Assembly: GCA_052327205.1 (NCBI GenBank)
Contig: CM126222.1
Location: 59,334,001 to 59,398,000, forward strand
DNA length: 64,000 nucleotides
Origin: Somniosus microcephalus
Lineage: Eukaryota
Reading direction: 5' to 3'
The position numbers and the translations under genes were made by a program. Shown here piece by piece: positions 11,235 through 21,878 of the stretch (its first letter is position 1; every line of letters begins with the position of its first letter). The notes below the pieces were generated by a model that ran no database searches, was not told where the DNA came from, and saw only the letters and a program-made list of their open reading frames with translations.

Positions 11235-14200
11235 TTATATATTCAGTCTTTGGGGTGGCTTCCTGATCCTTTCTGGATAGTGCCTTTCCCGAGTGTCTTG
11301 CTCTTGGTGCGGAGGCGATTCTGGCCCCCTGTCGTCGGTTGGTTCATCAGCTTCCGATGCTACTGTTTCTGGGGTAGATGCGACCTGTACGTTGGGTTCA
11401 TCACCAGGTACGTATGGGCGAGGCATGGGGTTGGCTTGTTCCTGTGACTCTAGGATCTGGTCAGCATGGCGTCTCACGATGCTCTCCCCAACGTCCACTG
11501 TGTACATTAGTGGGCCCTGCCGTGTGCATATCGTTCCTGGCTGCCATTTTTCTGTTCGGTAGTCGCGGGCCAAGACTGGTTGCCCTACATTGAAGCTCCT
11601 TGTTGGCTTCTCATGGATGTGCTGAAATTGCTTACTCTCAACATCTTTTCGTACGTTTGGTCTGAGCAAATCCAGGCGAGATCTTAACCTTCGGTTAAAG
11701 AACATCATGGCTGGGGCCTGGTTGGTGACTGCATGTGTCGCATTCCGGTAGGCGACCAGGAAATTGTCCACCTTGTGCTGCAGCGGAATGTTGTCATTGT
11801 ACATAGCCTTTATTGCCTTCTTAAAGGTTTGTACGAACCTCTCAGCCAATCCATTTGTGGCTGGATGATACGGGGCGGATGTGTAATGCCTTACCCCATT
11901 CTTTTTCAAGAACCTCCGGAACTCTTCGGACACAAACTGTGGTCCGTTGTCGGAGCAAATCTGTTCTGGCAAGCCATTCCTGGCAAAAATGGTCCGTAGG
12001 ACTGCAATAGTTTTCTCCGTGGTGGTGGAGGACATTTTGATGACCTCAGGCCATTTCGAGTGCGCATCCACGGCTATTAAAAACATTGAGTCCATGAATG
12101 GACCAGCAAAATCAATATGCACCCATTGCCATGGAGATGAGGGCCACTCCCATGGGTGTAGAGGGGCCTGTGGTGGTGCATTTTGGACTTTCTGGCATCC
12201 TGAGCAGCTCTTGGTCAGGTCCTCGATTTGTTTATCGATTCCCGGCCACCACACATAAGCCCTGGCTAGGCTTTTCATTTTTACCCCTCCCAGATGACCC
12301 TCATGAAGCTCATTCAGCACTCTATCCCTTAACTTGGGTGGAATTACCACTCGGGATCCACACATCAAAGTCCCCCGGCACACTGACAGCCGTTCTCTCC
12401 TTGTCGAGAATGCTGGCAACAGTGAGTCGCCATGTGCTGGCCATCCCTTCACCGTTAAATCATATACCCGAGACAGTGTCGGGTCATTGCGGGTTTCCTT
12501 TTCGATACAAGCGTTAGTTACCGGTAGGTATTCAACTATAGTCGAATGGAATATTTTGACAGGATCCACTGCTGGTGCTTCCTCCGCAGTAGGCAGTGGC
12601 AGGCGTGATAGCCCATCAGCATTTCCATGCTGTTTCGTGCCCTTATATTCAATCTCATAGTGGTGCGCCCCTAGAAAAAGTGACCATCTTTGTAGTCATT
12701 GCGCAGTCATCACCGGAACGCCCTTCTTCGGGTTAAAAATGGAGACAAGAGGCTGGTGATCAGTCAGCAAGGTGAATTTCTGCCCATGCAGATAGTAATT
12801 GAGCTTTTTCACTCCCCACACTAGGCTGAGGGCCTCCCTGTCAATCTGGGCGTAGTTACGCTCGGCTGAGGTTAGTGATCGTGACGCAAAGGTTATTGGC
12901 CTCTCTGAGCCGTCCGAGAATTTGTGCGACAGCACCGCTCCAATGCCGTAGGGTGACGCATCACATGCCAACCGAATTGGTAATGCCGGGTTGTAATGGG
13001 CCAATACCTCTTTCGATGTGATTAGTGTTTTGCTCTTCTGGAAAGCTCGTCTACATTCGTCACTCCACTTCCATGGCACCCCAGTTTGCAGTAGGGTGTT
13101 CAGTGGGTGTAGTATTGTAGACAAATTTGGCAAGAACTTATGGTAGTAGTTTACCAGCCTGAGGAACGACCTCAGTTGTGACACATTTTCCGGTGCTGGA
13201 GCCTTGACTACTGCCTCAATCTTCTCTGGGGACTTATGTAACCCCTCTTCATCGATAACGTGGCCACAATACGAGATCTGTTTTCTAAAAAACTAGCATT
13301 TGGGGCGGTTAGCTCGGAGCCCATATTCCTGCAATCTAGTGAGCACCTGCTCCAGGTTGGCAAGGTGATCACTGTCATTTTCGCCCGTGACCAGGATGTC
13401 GTCCAAATAACACTGGGTCCCTGGGATCCCTTGCAGGACTTGTTCCATTGCCCTCTGCCAAATAACCGGAGCTGATGCTACCCCGAATACCAGCCGGTTG
13501 TATTGGTGGAGACCTTTATGGGTGTTGATTGTGAGGTTTTTTTTGATGCTTCTTCTACCTCCATTTGCAGATACGCCTGGGCCAGATCAATCTTAGTGAA
13601 GCGTTTCCCTCCAGATAGCGAGGCGAAAATATCTTCAATCCGCGGAAGTGGATATTGTACGGTGTGAAGGACCGGGTTCACTGTTACCTTAAGGTCCCCA
13701 CAGATGCGAACCTTCCTTGGTTCCCCAGGCATGCTGCTCAACGACTTTTTCATCACAGGGGCGATGGGTGTAGCCCATTCGCTCCAGTCTACCTTGGACA
13801 GTACACCTGAACGTTCCAGACTCTCCAGCTCTGCTTCGACAGCTGGGCGGATCGCATAAGGTACCGGTCTGGCCGTAAAAAATTTTGGGCTTGCGTTTTC
13901 TTCAATTTTAATCGTCGCTGTCATGCCTTTTAGTGTTCCGAGTCCTTGCTGGAACACTTCTTTCGCGTCAGTTAGGATCTTTGACAGTCGCCCAGGTGTG
14001 ACGTCGTCATCCTTTTTGTCAGCCACAGTCAGTGCCTGTATGGAATGCCAATCCAGTTGTATTTTCCGGATCCATTCACGTCCCAGTAATGGTGGTCCTC
14101 CATCTGGCAATACATACAGGTCTAGTTTTGGTGTTTCCTCACCGTTATATATAACGGTCACCCTTATTTTTCATTTGAGGTCGACTTTTTGCCCCGTGTA

Positions 14201-15187
14201 CGTCTTCAAAATAATTTTTGTGTCTTTCAAGGGTATGTGTGAGAATAGCTGCTCGTAGTCCCGTCGGTTTATGACTGTTAGGGCTGATCCTGTGTCCAAT
14301 TCCATCTTTACCTGGACTCCTGCTAACTTGAGAGTGACCCAAATGGTTCGGTGATCCTCCGTTGTGATCACATTATGTAGTTTCAGACAACTCAGTTCCC
14401 TGCTTTCGGAGTCGTTATCACTCTTTTGTTCGTCTGAACTATTCTCCGTCATCTTATGTACTTTCTTGTACTTTCCTTTGGTAGGTTTCTTATTGCTGGT
14501 TTTCTTTCCCGACCTGCAGACTCGTGCTATGTGTCCTACTTTTCCACACTGTCTGCACACTTTGTCTTTGAACCAGCAATCATTCTGGTCGTGTGTTGTT
14601 CTGCCGCAGCGATAGCACTTCTCTGTTCCATATGACATTTCGTTTGTGCCATACTCTTGTGGTCTCTGTTGTATCTCTGCAGCACCCCGTGCTGCTGCTT
14701 CATATGATACCGCAATGCTGAAAGCCTTTTCCAGCGTAAGGTCCTTTTCAGATAAAAGCCGTTTCTGGGTTCCTTCACTTTGAAGCCCACACACAAACTT
14801 GTCCCTTAAGGTATCTGCCAGTCCCGCTCCAAACTGGCAGTGTTTCGATAGTTTGCGCAGTTCTGTTAAATAATCAGCATTGCTTTCATCTTTATGCTGG
14901 TTCCGTTTGTGAAACTTGAATCTTTCTGCTATCAGCAGCAGTGTGGGGTTTAAATGTTCCTTTAGTATCGTTACTATGTCTTCAAAACTCTTTTCCATTG
15001 GCTTCGTTGGGGTTACTAGATTTCGTAATAAACCATACGTCTTTGCACCCATTAAATTTAACAATACCGACGCTTCCTTGTCATCTGACACCTCATTTGC
15101 CTTGCAGTACACCTCTATTCGTTCGACATATGTAGTCCAATCTTCGACTTCATTGTCAAATGCGGTGATACTCCCACTCTTCGGCAT
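11235..15187 (-). pseudogene. Disrupted single gag-pol ORF of the Gypsy element
   Basis: Two CCHC knuckles (CYRCGRTTHDQNDC, CRQCGKVGHIARVC), protease LDTG, RT YLDD (~13400), RNase H CDAS, integrase HHCC and D-D-E (IDFAG/SDNG/LAERF). Lesions: in-frame stops at 14173-14171, 13295-13293 and 12698-12696, plus a frameshift in the A-run at ~13544-13537. Confidence 0.92.
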
Positions 15188-15756
15188 TTAAAATGGCATC
15201 TCCCAATGGCTTAAAATGGCGTCTCCCGCGCTTTCCTTCCTCCCCCGCTGCTGCCAACGCCTCTCCCGGCGGTTCTTGTGGCAATGGCGGCACCCTGTAG
15301 GTTTCGCGCGCTTCTCCTGCGCTGCTGCCAATGCCGCTCTTGGCGGTCCTCGTGGCAATGGCGGCGCCTCGTGGGTTTCTGCGTGTCTCTCTCTCCCTCT
15401 CTCCGACGCTGCTCGGCCCCTGAACACCGACTGCGCCCTGTGCGCTCTGCCCTCTCTCTCTTTCCCCCGTCGACGCTGCTCGGCCCTTTGCTGTGCCGCT
15501 CGGTCGGGCTCTAGCCCACCGCTGTCCGGGAAGGGTCTGCGCACTACCTGTTGCCAGCCCGTTTCGCTGGACCACCTCGACTGGAAAGCCAAGCCTGGCT
15601 CTCGACAGCCTCCCCCGCAATTCTCGAGTCTCTGCTGGATGACTGGGCGGTTGCCCGTGGTCGACAACCGAGTCTCTGGCCTTGACCTCCAATCCACTGA
15701 TCTCCAGGAACGAATCCCCGGGAGGTGATGCAGAGTTGCAGGTAGGTTCGAACCTG

Positions 15757-15767
15757 CCTCGTCGCCA
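15757..15767 (-). other. Primer-binding site TGGCGACGAGG (complementary to the 3' end of tRNA-Ser(GCT))
   Basis: Begins 1 nt after the 5' LTR. Matches the recalled tRNA-Ser(GCT) 3' end ...CCTCGTCG-CCA. Confidence 0.75.
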
Positions 15768-15768
15768 A

Positions 15769-15959
15769 TGTTGCGTCCGTGTATATTAAGACACAGACTG
15801 CGGAGAACGGTACAACAGGTGTTTACTCAACGTGGCTCACACTGCAACTGATCTGTACAGATTACTACTCAGTGCTATATACAGGTGTGGTCACTGCCGG
15901 TACTGCAGTATACATGAGCTGTAAAACATAGTTCCCCCCTTAAAGGTATATACATTACA
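15769..15959 (-). repeat. 5' LTR of Gypsy element
   Basis: 191 bp. Differs from the other LTR at 3 positions by manual alignment. Confidence 0.95.
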
Positions 15960-16299
15960 CACCTAAAACAGATAGCAACTTAATTTAAACATTAAACTGT
16001 TGGTGGGGACATCTTGCCATCATTTGAGTCTGCCTAAAAGCCAGGTTAGAAATTCCAGCTCGTTTTAAGGTCGGAATCGGTAGAATCTGAGCAGGGGGAA
16101 TAAATTTGAAGTTGGAAGCTTAGCCTGTAGCTAAGTAACTAAGTTACTGAACACTTATGATGCTTCTAAAGTCACTGAATGTTTCAAGGTGATATATACA
16201 TAAACAAGGCTTCCTAGAGGTCAACACATGGGCAACTATAGGCATGTTCCATCTTTATTTTTGGGATACATCAATCTGCATATTACAACCAAAAATATA

Positions 16300-17109
16300 G
16301 GGGTCGATTTTCAGTGTGCTGTGAGGCGGGCTTTTAGGTGTGCGGGGGGCAAAAATCTCAAAGTCGGGGGTCCCGACACCATCCCGCCCAAAACCCGCCT
16401 CCACGTAAGTTTCAAAGGAGGCGGGTACCTGCCCCGCATTGGGACCTGCCGACCTGAGGCGGGAAGGGATTAGTGCCAATTAACTGCCTGTTAACAGGTA
16501 GTTAACAGGCAGTTTTTAGCCCAATCCCTATTTTGAAGGGTGTCGTGTGGGATTCCCGATGGCTCCAAACCACGCCAGGTTAGAGGAGGCGGGCCGTCGG
16601 GTTGAAGGACTTGAAGGGGTTGAAATGTCGGTGTTCAGGTGAGTGATGGGTGCATGAGTGCAAAGGTAAGTGTGCTTGGTGTGTCTAAAGTGTGTAAAGA
16701 AGTTTAAATTACCTGTACTTACCTTAACAGCCTTCCTTCCTCTGGGCTTTGGGAGTCCATCATTCAGCCGGCAGAGACAGCCTTCAGCTTTCAGTGCCGG
16801 CGTGATTTCTAACTGAGTCTGCGTAGAAGGACTCAGGTTAGAAATAAGACTGTCAGTGTTTGACAGCTTCAAACAGCTGTGAAACACTGATATTTCATCT
16901 GTCAACACGTCTTGACAGATGAAATTTCAGTCTGTGATGTCACCTGTTGCCGGGTGGCCCTTAATTGGCAAGCTGAGCCCGCTGGGCGGGCTCAACAAGG
17001 TCAATCAAGGGAAAATCGCGTGGATTGGCCGCATCTCGATGGAGGCGGGACTGAAACCCAGAAGTTGTAGTCCCGCCTCCTTCCCGACTTCTGAATGAAA
17101 ATCCAGCCA
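16300..17109. mobile_element. MITE with internal hairpins
   Basis: Ends GGGGTCGATTTTCA and TGAAAATCCAGCCA. GC-rich subterminal regions and two internal inverted repeats. Confidence 0.7.
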
Positions 17110-17375
17110 TTAATGTCTTACAATAATTCTCCTAATTAAACAAGAAATACACACAATAATTATGAGAGCAGTTCACTCATAATAGAATAATCAAATCTTC
17201 ACACTGTCATTTTTATTCTTGTTTAATTTACAGTTCTCAATTCAGCATATTCAATAATATATTGCAGTAAAGATGACCATTTTGGCCAATTTCATTCAGT
17301 AAACACACACATGCCATGTGCAATTCCACTTTCAAGCATTTGCTGTGCAGACATGGGCACACATGTGGATTCTCA

Positions 17376-17749
17376 TAGAAAATTCTAACAGGACTAGACA
17401 GACTAGATGCAGGAAGGATGTTCCCGATGGCGGGGGAGTCCAGAACCAGGGGTCACAGTCTAAGGATAAGGGGTAAGCCATTTAGGACTGAGATGAGGAG
17501 GAATTTCTTCACCCAGAGAGTGGTGAACCTGTGGAATTCTCTACCACACAAAGCAGTTGAGGCCAATTCATTAAATATATTCAAGAAGGAGTTAGATATA
17601 TTTCTTAAGGCTGAAGGGATCAAGGGATATGGGGAGAAGGCAGGGACAGGGTACTGAGCTTGGATGATCAGCCATGATCTCATTGAATGGCGGAGTAGGC
17701 TCGAGGGGCCGAATGGCCTACTCCTGCTCCTATCTTCTATGTTTCTATG
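17376..17749 (+). mobile_element. CR1 (HER1-like) LINE 3' fragment
   Basis: MFPMAGESRTRGHSLRIRGKPFRTEMRRNFFTQRVVNLWNSLP is a CR1 ORF2 C-terminus. TTCTATG-type tail. Confidence 0.9.
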
Positions 17750-17970
17750 ACCCGAAGTCTGATGATTGGAAACTATTTGGGTCTAAGCAACTCATTTTAA
17801 AGCTGTACTGATTTAATACAAAAGTGGTACCGATTTTATATTTGTTTGGGGAGAGAGACAACTAGAAAGGCTGGGGTCTTTTTCATCATGATGACACTGT
17901 GATACACAAGTGAAGCAATTATACACTTGGTGTGATTGATGCTATTTCCCAATGTGTATGTAAACAAGGT

Positions 17971-18766
17971 GGGGGGAATTTTAACCCCAAAAAGCGGGTC
18001 GGGTGGGAGGTTAAAGTATTAAAAATCTGAATCCTGACCCAACCCACCTCCAACCTGCCCACTTCCAGTTTTAACGGAGGCAGGTTTTGACGGGGGTGGG
18101 GCAGCCAACCCGCTCCCAGGAGGCGGGTTGGCACTTTAAATATGATAATGAGGTTGGAAACTTTGGATTTAACCTACTTTGCAGGTTTAACTGTGGCCGG
18201 CCGGGGTTCCCAGGCCTTGAGATTCCTGGGCCTCGGGATTCCGGGCAGCTGAGGGGAGGCGAGGACAGCCTTGGGGAAAAATCCTTGTGGACCAGCTGGA
18301 GCAGGAGTGCTTCCTCCCGGCCCCCCAAGCTCCCTCACCGTCAACCCTCCCCCCCAATGCAAAGCCCCTCCCCAGGATCGGACCACCCCCCGAGGTTGAG
18401 GCTCGGACACCACCCCCACCCCCCCCACCATCACCCCCCCCGCAGTCAGGGATTGTATCCCTCCCCCCCCCGGGATCGGTCTCCGCCCTGGGGTCAAGGC
18501 TCGGGCCTACTCAGGGCTGTGGCCTTCTTTTCCAGCATTCTTGCACAAATGGAAGTCAAGCCTGTCCATCAGGCTGAAATCAGGGCGGGGAACCTGTCAG
18601 TGACGTCACACGTACATTGTAGAGTTAAAACTCCACAAAGTGTAGGGAGACCCGTACTACCGGGTTTCCTGCACGCTACAGTGTCCACCCCCCAACAACC
18701 CCCCCCCCACTCCCCCCCACCCCCCGGCCTCCGCTCCTGGTGGGTCCAAGAGTTAAAATTCCCCCC
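17971..18766. mobile_element. Non-autonomous DNA transposon (MITE), perfect 15-bp TIR GGGGGGAATTTTAAC
   Basis: TIRs at 17971-17985 and 18752-18766. AAGGT flanks both sides. C-run-rich interior. Confidence 0.85.
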
Positions 18767-19253
18767 AAGGTCTTTACCAGAAAAATCAATACAGGTATAA
18801 AAGCTATAATCCTAATTGCGGATTTCTTCTACAGATGAACTCAGTGTAACGACTGGTATAGGGTTTGTCTTGTGTTGCTGCTACTGAGTTATTTCACAGG
18901 TATATCCATGGCTGGTGTCTCACTATACTATATGCTTGTTTCAGGTCAGTATACTGTGTGATGAAAGTGGATGAGAATGCATTATTTTATGATTCGCGAT
19001 CAGGTTCTTGACTTGGGTATGATGATTCTTGGAAAAGGGAAATGTTCTTTTGCGTTGCCACAGAATCCATGTTCTGAACAAAAAACCTTTGAGCTCTGAG
19101 TTATCATTTTGACCTTTCTGTATTGAGAAAACACTGTGAGAAATCAATTTATAAGCTCAGTGTAAAGTGAATCCAAATTTATATTTTTTCCTGCTTTTCA
19201 TCTTGCACTCCCAGTGCAGCTGATCAATACAGAACAAAATCTTAGATGGATTA

Positions 19254-19366
19254 AGAAAGAAAGAAAGACTTGCATTTATATAGCGCCTTTCACCACCACC
19301 GGACATCTCAAAGCGCTTTACAGCCAATGAAGTACTTTTTGGAGTGTAGTCACTGTTGTAATGTGA
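19254..19366 (-). mobile_element. DeuSINE 3' fragment
   Basis: Reverse complement of the tail of the 1043-1490 element. Confidence 0.8.
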
Positions 19367-19974
19367 GATTACTCATAAACCTTCAAGCAATTTCTGATAC
19401 AGGACAGTAATTTGTTGTACACAGGTGAAAAAAAAGCCTAGAAGCTTGCAGTAGCAGAAAGGTAAAGTTGCATAGAATCATACTAACAACTATGCTGAGT
19501 ATAAGGGCAAACACTAAAATCAAACTGACAGAACACCCACGCTAAGATGCACGTTTTAAACTTTGGGATGTGTTAAAAGGCAAATGCGACCATGTCATTT
19601 CAGAAAGCGAATGAGAGCTGCAACAGCAGGATACAATTAATGATTAAGAAAGGAGATTGTTACAATATGGTTGGTTAATTCTAAACTCTGTTGGTATGAT
19701 TCGTTCAGTATGTACAACTAATATGCACATCAGTCCTGCTTCATTTAACTCTTTCATTTCCTTTCTTCCAGTATCCAGCTAGTCACTGATCGCTTGTTCC
19801 CAGCAACAGAAATAGTTGGACTTGTCCCTGCGTTATACTCGAATACTTGTCTCAAATTTATGGTAGTACTGTAGCAACATAATGCTAATGTGAAAATCAC
19901 TCTCCTATTCACTAACCCATTTCTAACGAGACCATAGAAGTAGGCATTCCTAGTACTGGAGTAGTAATAGTTTT

Positions 19975-20233
19975 TTTAATTCATGGGATGTGGGTATCAC
20001 TGGCAAGGTCAGCATTTATTGCCCATCCCTAATTGCCCTTGAGAAGGTGCTGGTGAGCCGCCTTCTTGAATCACTGCAGTCTGTGAAGTGACGGTACTCC
20101 CACAGTGTTGTTAGGGAGGGAGTTCCAGGATTTTGACCCAGCGACGATGAAGGATCGGCCGATATACTTCCAAGTCAGGATGGTGTGTGACTTGGAGAGG
20201 AACTTGCAGGTGGTGGTGCTCCCATGCACCTGC
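19975..20233 (-). mobile_element. 3' fragment of the same LINE family as 27450-28490
   Basis: Reverse complement of 28225-28480. Confidence 0.85.
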
Positions 20234-20369
20234 GCAGAAAACCAGTGTAAGACATCACAGCATCATGACATTAATTGAAAATGGTCCATATCACAACATC
20301 ATACTCTTATTAGAGTTTAAGAAAACAGATTGTGTTTGCAGAACAAGGCACATAATTGACAAATACAAC

Positions 20370-20615
20370 AGGGTAAATGTTTGTCTTTGCAGCCTGGGGT
20401 TTAAGCATCCCCTGGGCAGAACGGAGAAAGGAAAATCTGGCGGGGAGGATGGCACACCAGTAACAGATCCACCTCATTTACCTACTATTGAAGTCAATGG
20501 AAGAAAAGAGCCAGTCGGTTTTGTGATCATGTGATCCTCCCCAGCAGATTTTCCATTCTGTGTTCTGCCCTGACAATGCTTAAAGCCAAAGGGGTAAAAA
20601 ATTAAAATCTACCTC
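20370..20615. mobile_element. Palindromic MITE
   Basis: ~55-bp inverted arms (20397-20450 and 20534-20587) around a central ATTGAAGTCAATGG motif. Confidence 0.7.
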
Positions 20616-20756
20616 AATCTTTCTACTGTAGTAAGTGCCCTTCAGCCCCCAAAAATTATAAGTACAGCCAAAGGTTAGGTTGCGCGAAGAGTTAGTACAT
20701 TCCTGTTACAAGTTTAAAAGTGCGATGAAAAATATTGGAAAAGTTTTTATCATGTC

Positions 20757-20855
20757 AAACAACAACTTCAACAACAACAACAACTTGTATTTATATAGAG
20801 CCTTTAACGTAATAAAATGTCCCAAGGCGCTGCACAGGAGTATTTTAAGACAAAA
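20757..20855 (-). mobile_element. L2-type 3' tail fragment
   Basis: Reverse complement of 10550-10635. Confidence 0.8.
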
Positions 20856-20998
20856 AATGTCCAGTCATAAATCTTCCTTCCAGGTACTGAATTTTGGAAC
20901 CATACCCACTACACTAAGCAGAGGTAGTTAAAAGTAGTCGTATTGCTTTCTGATGCCTTCCTTGAAGCTATATTTTCAACTCCTGGTTTGTTCATCTC

Positions 20999-21289
20999 GC
21001 CCTGAATTTTCGCGGGGGTTCCGCCAGCCTCCCACTGTAACTCTGAAAAAACTCCCTGGAAAACTTCAGGGACCTGGTTGCTCCAGGTCAACGCCGTTTC
21101 CCGGATTTCCCTGCATGCCTTCTAAGGGGCAGAACCTTTCCACGCCCTTTACAAATGTCATCAGGGGGCCAGATCCAGGTGAAGGGACTCCCTACATCAG
21201 GAGTTCCTTGCTTCCCTGGCTCATTTGGGTCCTGGCATAGTACTGGGGGCTGGGGTGCCGAGTGAGCTGATGGGTGAAAATTCACCCCC
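20999..21289. mobile_element. Degenerate MITE
   Basis: Ends GCCCTGAATTTTC and GAAAATTCACCCCC. Confidence 0.55.
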
Positions 21290-21404
21290 ATAGTCTTAGG
21301 AAACAGTTCATGATTCCCCAAAATCAAAATTCCAGATCTAAACCACTTGACAATTTGCTTTCTGCCAACAACCCCAGCAGGAGGTTTCCTCCTTATATGT
21401 CTAA

Positions 21405-21731
21405 CAACGCCCCCCGAGATATGTGCGCTCCTCTAATTCTGCTCTCTTGAGGATCCCTGATTATAATCGCTCAGCCTTTGGTGGCCGTGCCTTCTGTTGC
21501 CTAAGCCCTAAGCTCTGGAATTCTCTGCCTAAACCTCTCCGCCTCGCTACCTCTCTTTCCTCCTTTAAGATGCTCCTTAAAACCTATCCCTTTGACCAAG
21601 CTTTTGGTCACCTGCCCTAATTTATCCTTATGTGGATCGGTGTCAAATTTATTTGTCTTAAAATACTCCTGTGCCGCGCCTTGGGTCGTTTTACTATGTT
21701 AAAGGCGCTATATAAATACAAGTTGTTGTTG
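21405..21731 (+). mobile_element. L2-type LINE 3' fragment
   Basis: Near-identical to 10310-10635. Confidence 0.88.
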
Positions 21732-21748
21732 TCATCGGACCATTCATT

Positions 21749-21878
21749 CAACAACAACAACTTACATTTATATAGCACCTTTAATGTAATAAAACGTCAC
21801 AAGGCGCTTCACAGGAGAGTTATCAAAAAGTAAAATTGGAAACTGAACCACCTATGGAGATGTTAGGGCAGATGACCT
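21749..21878 (-). mobile_element. L2-type 3' tail, inverted relative to the adjacent copy
   Basis: (CAA)n CTTACATTTATATAGCACCTTTAA is the reverse complement of the L2 tail. Confidence 0.8.

Larger units (their letters stand above)
10935..15959 (-). mobile_element. Full-length Ty3/Gypsy LTR retrotransposon (probably Mag-like lineage), 5025 bp
   Basis: Two 191-bp LTRs with TG...CA ends, 5-bp TSD CACCT (10930-10934 and 15960-15964), PBS and PPT. Domain order is gag-PR-RT-RH-IN. Confidence 0.96.

Noticed and set aside
18087-18800. 237-aa proline-rich ORF
   Set aside because: It lies inside a C-run-rich MITE, has a non-ATG start and shows no domain signal.
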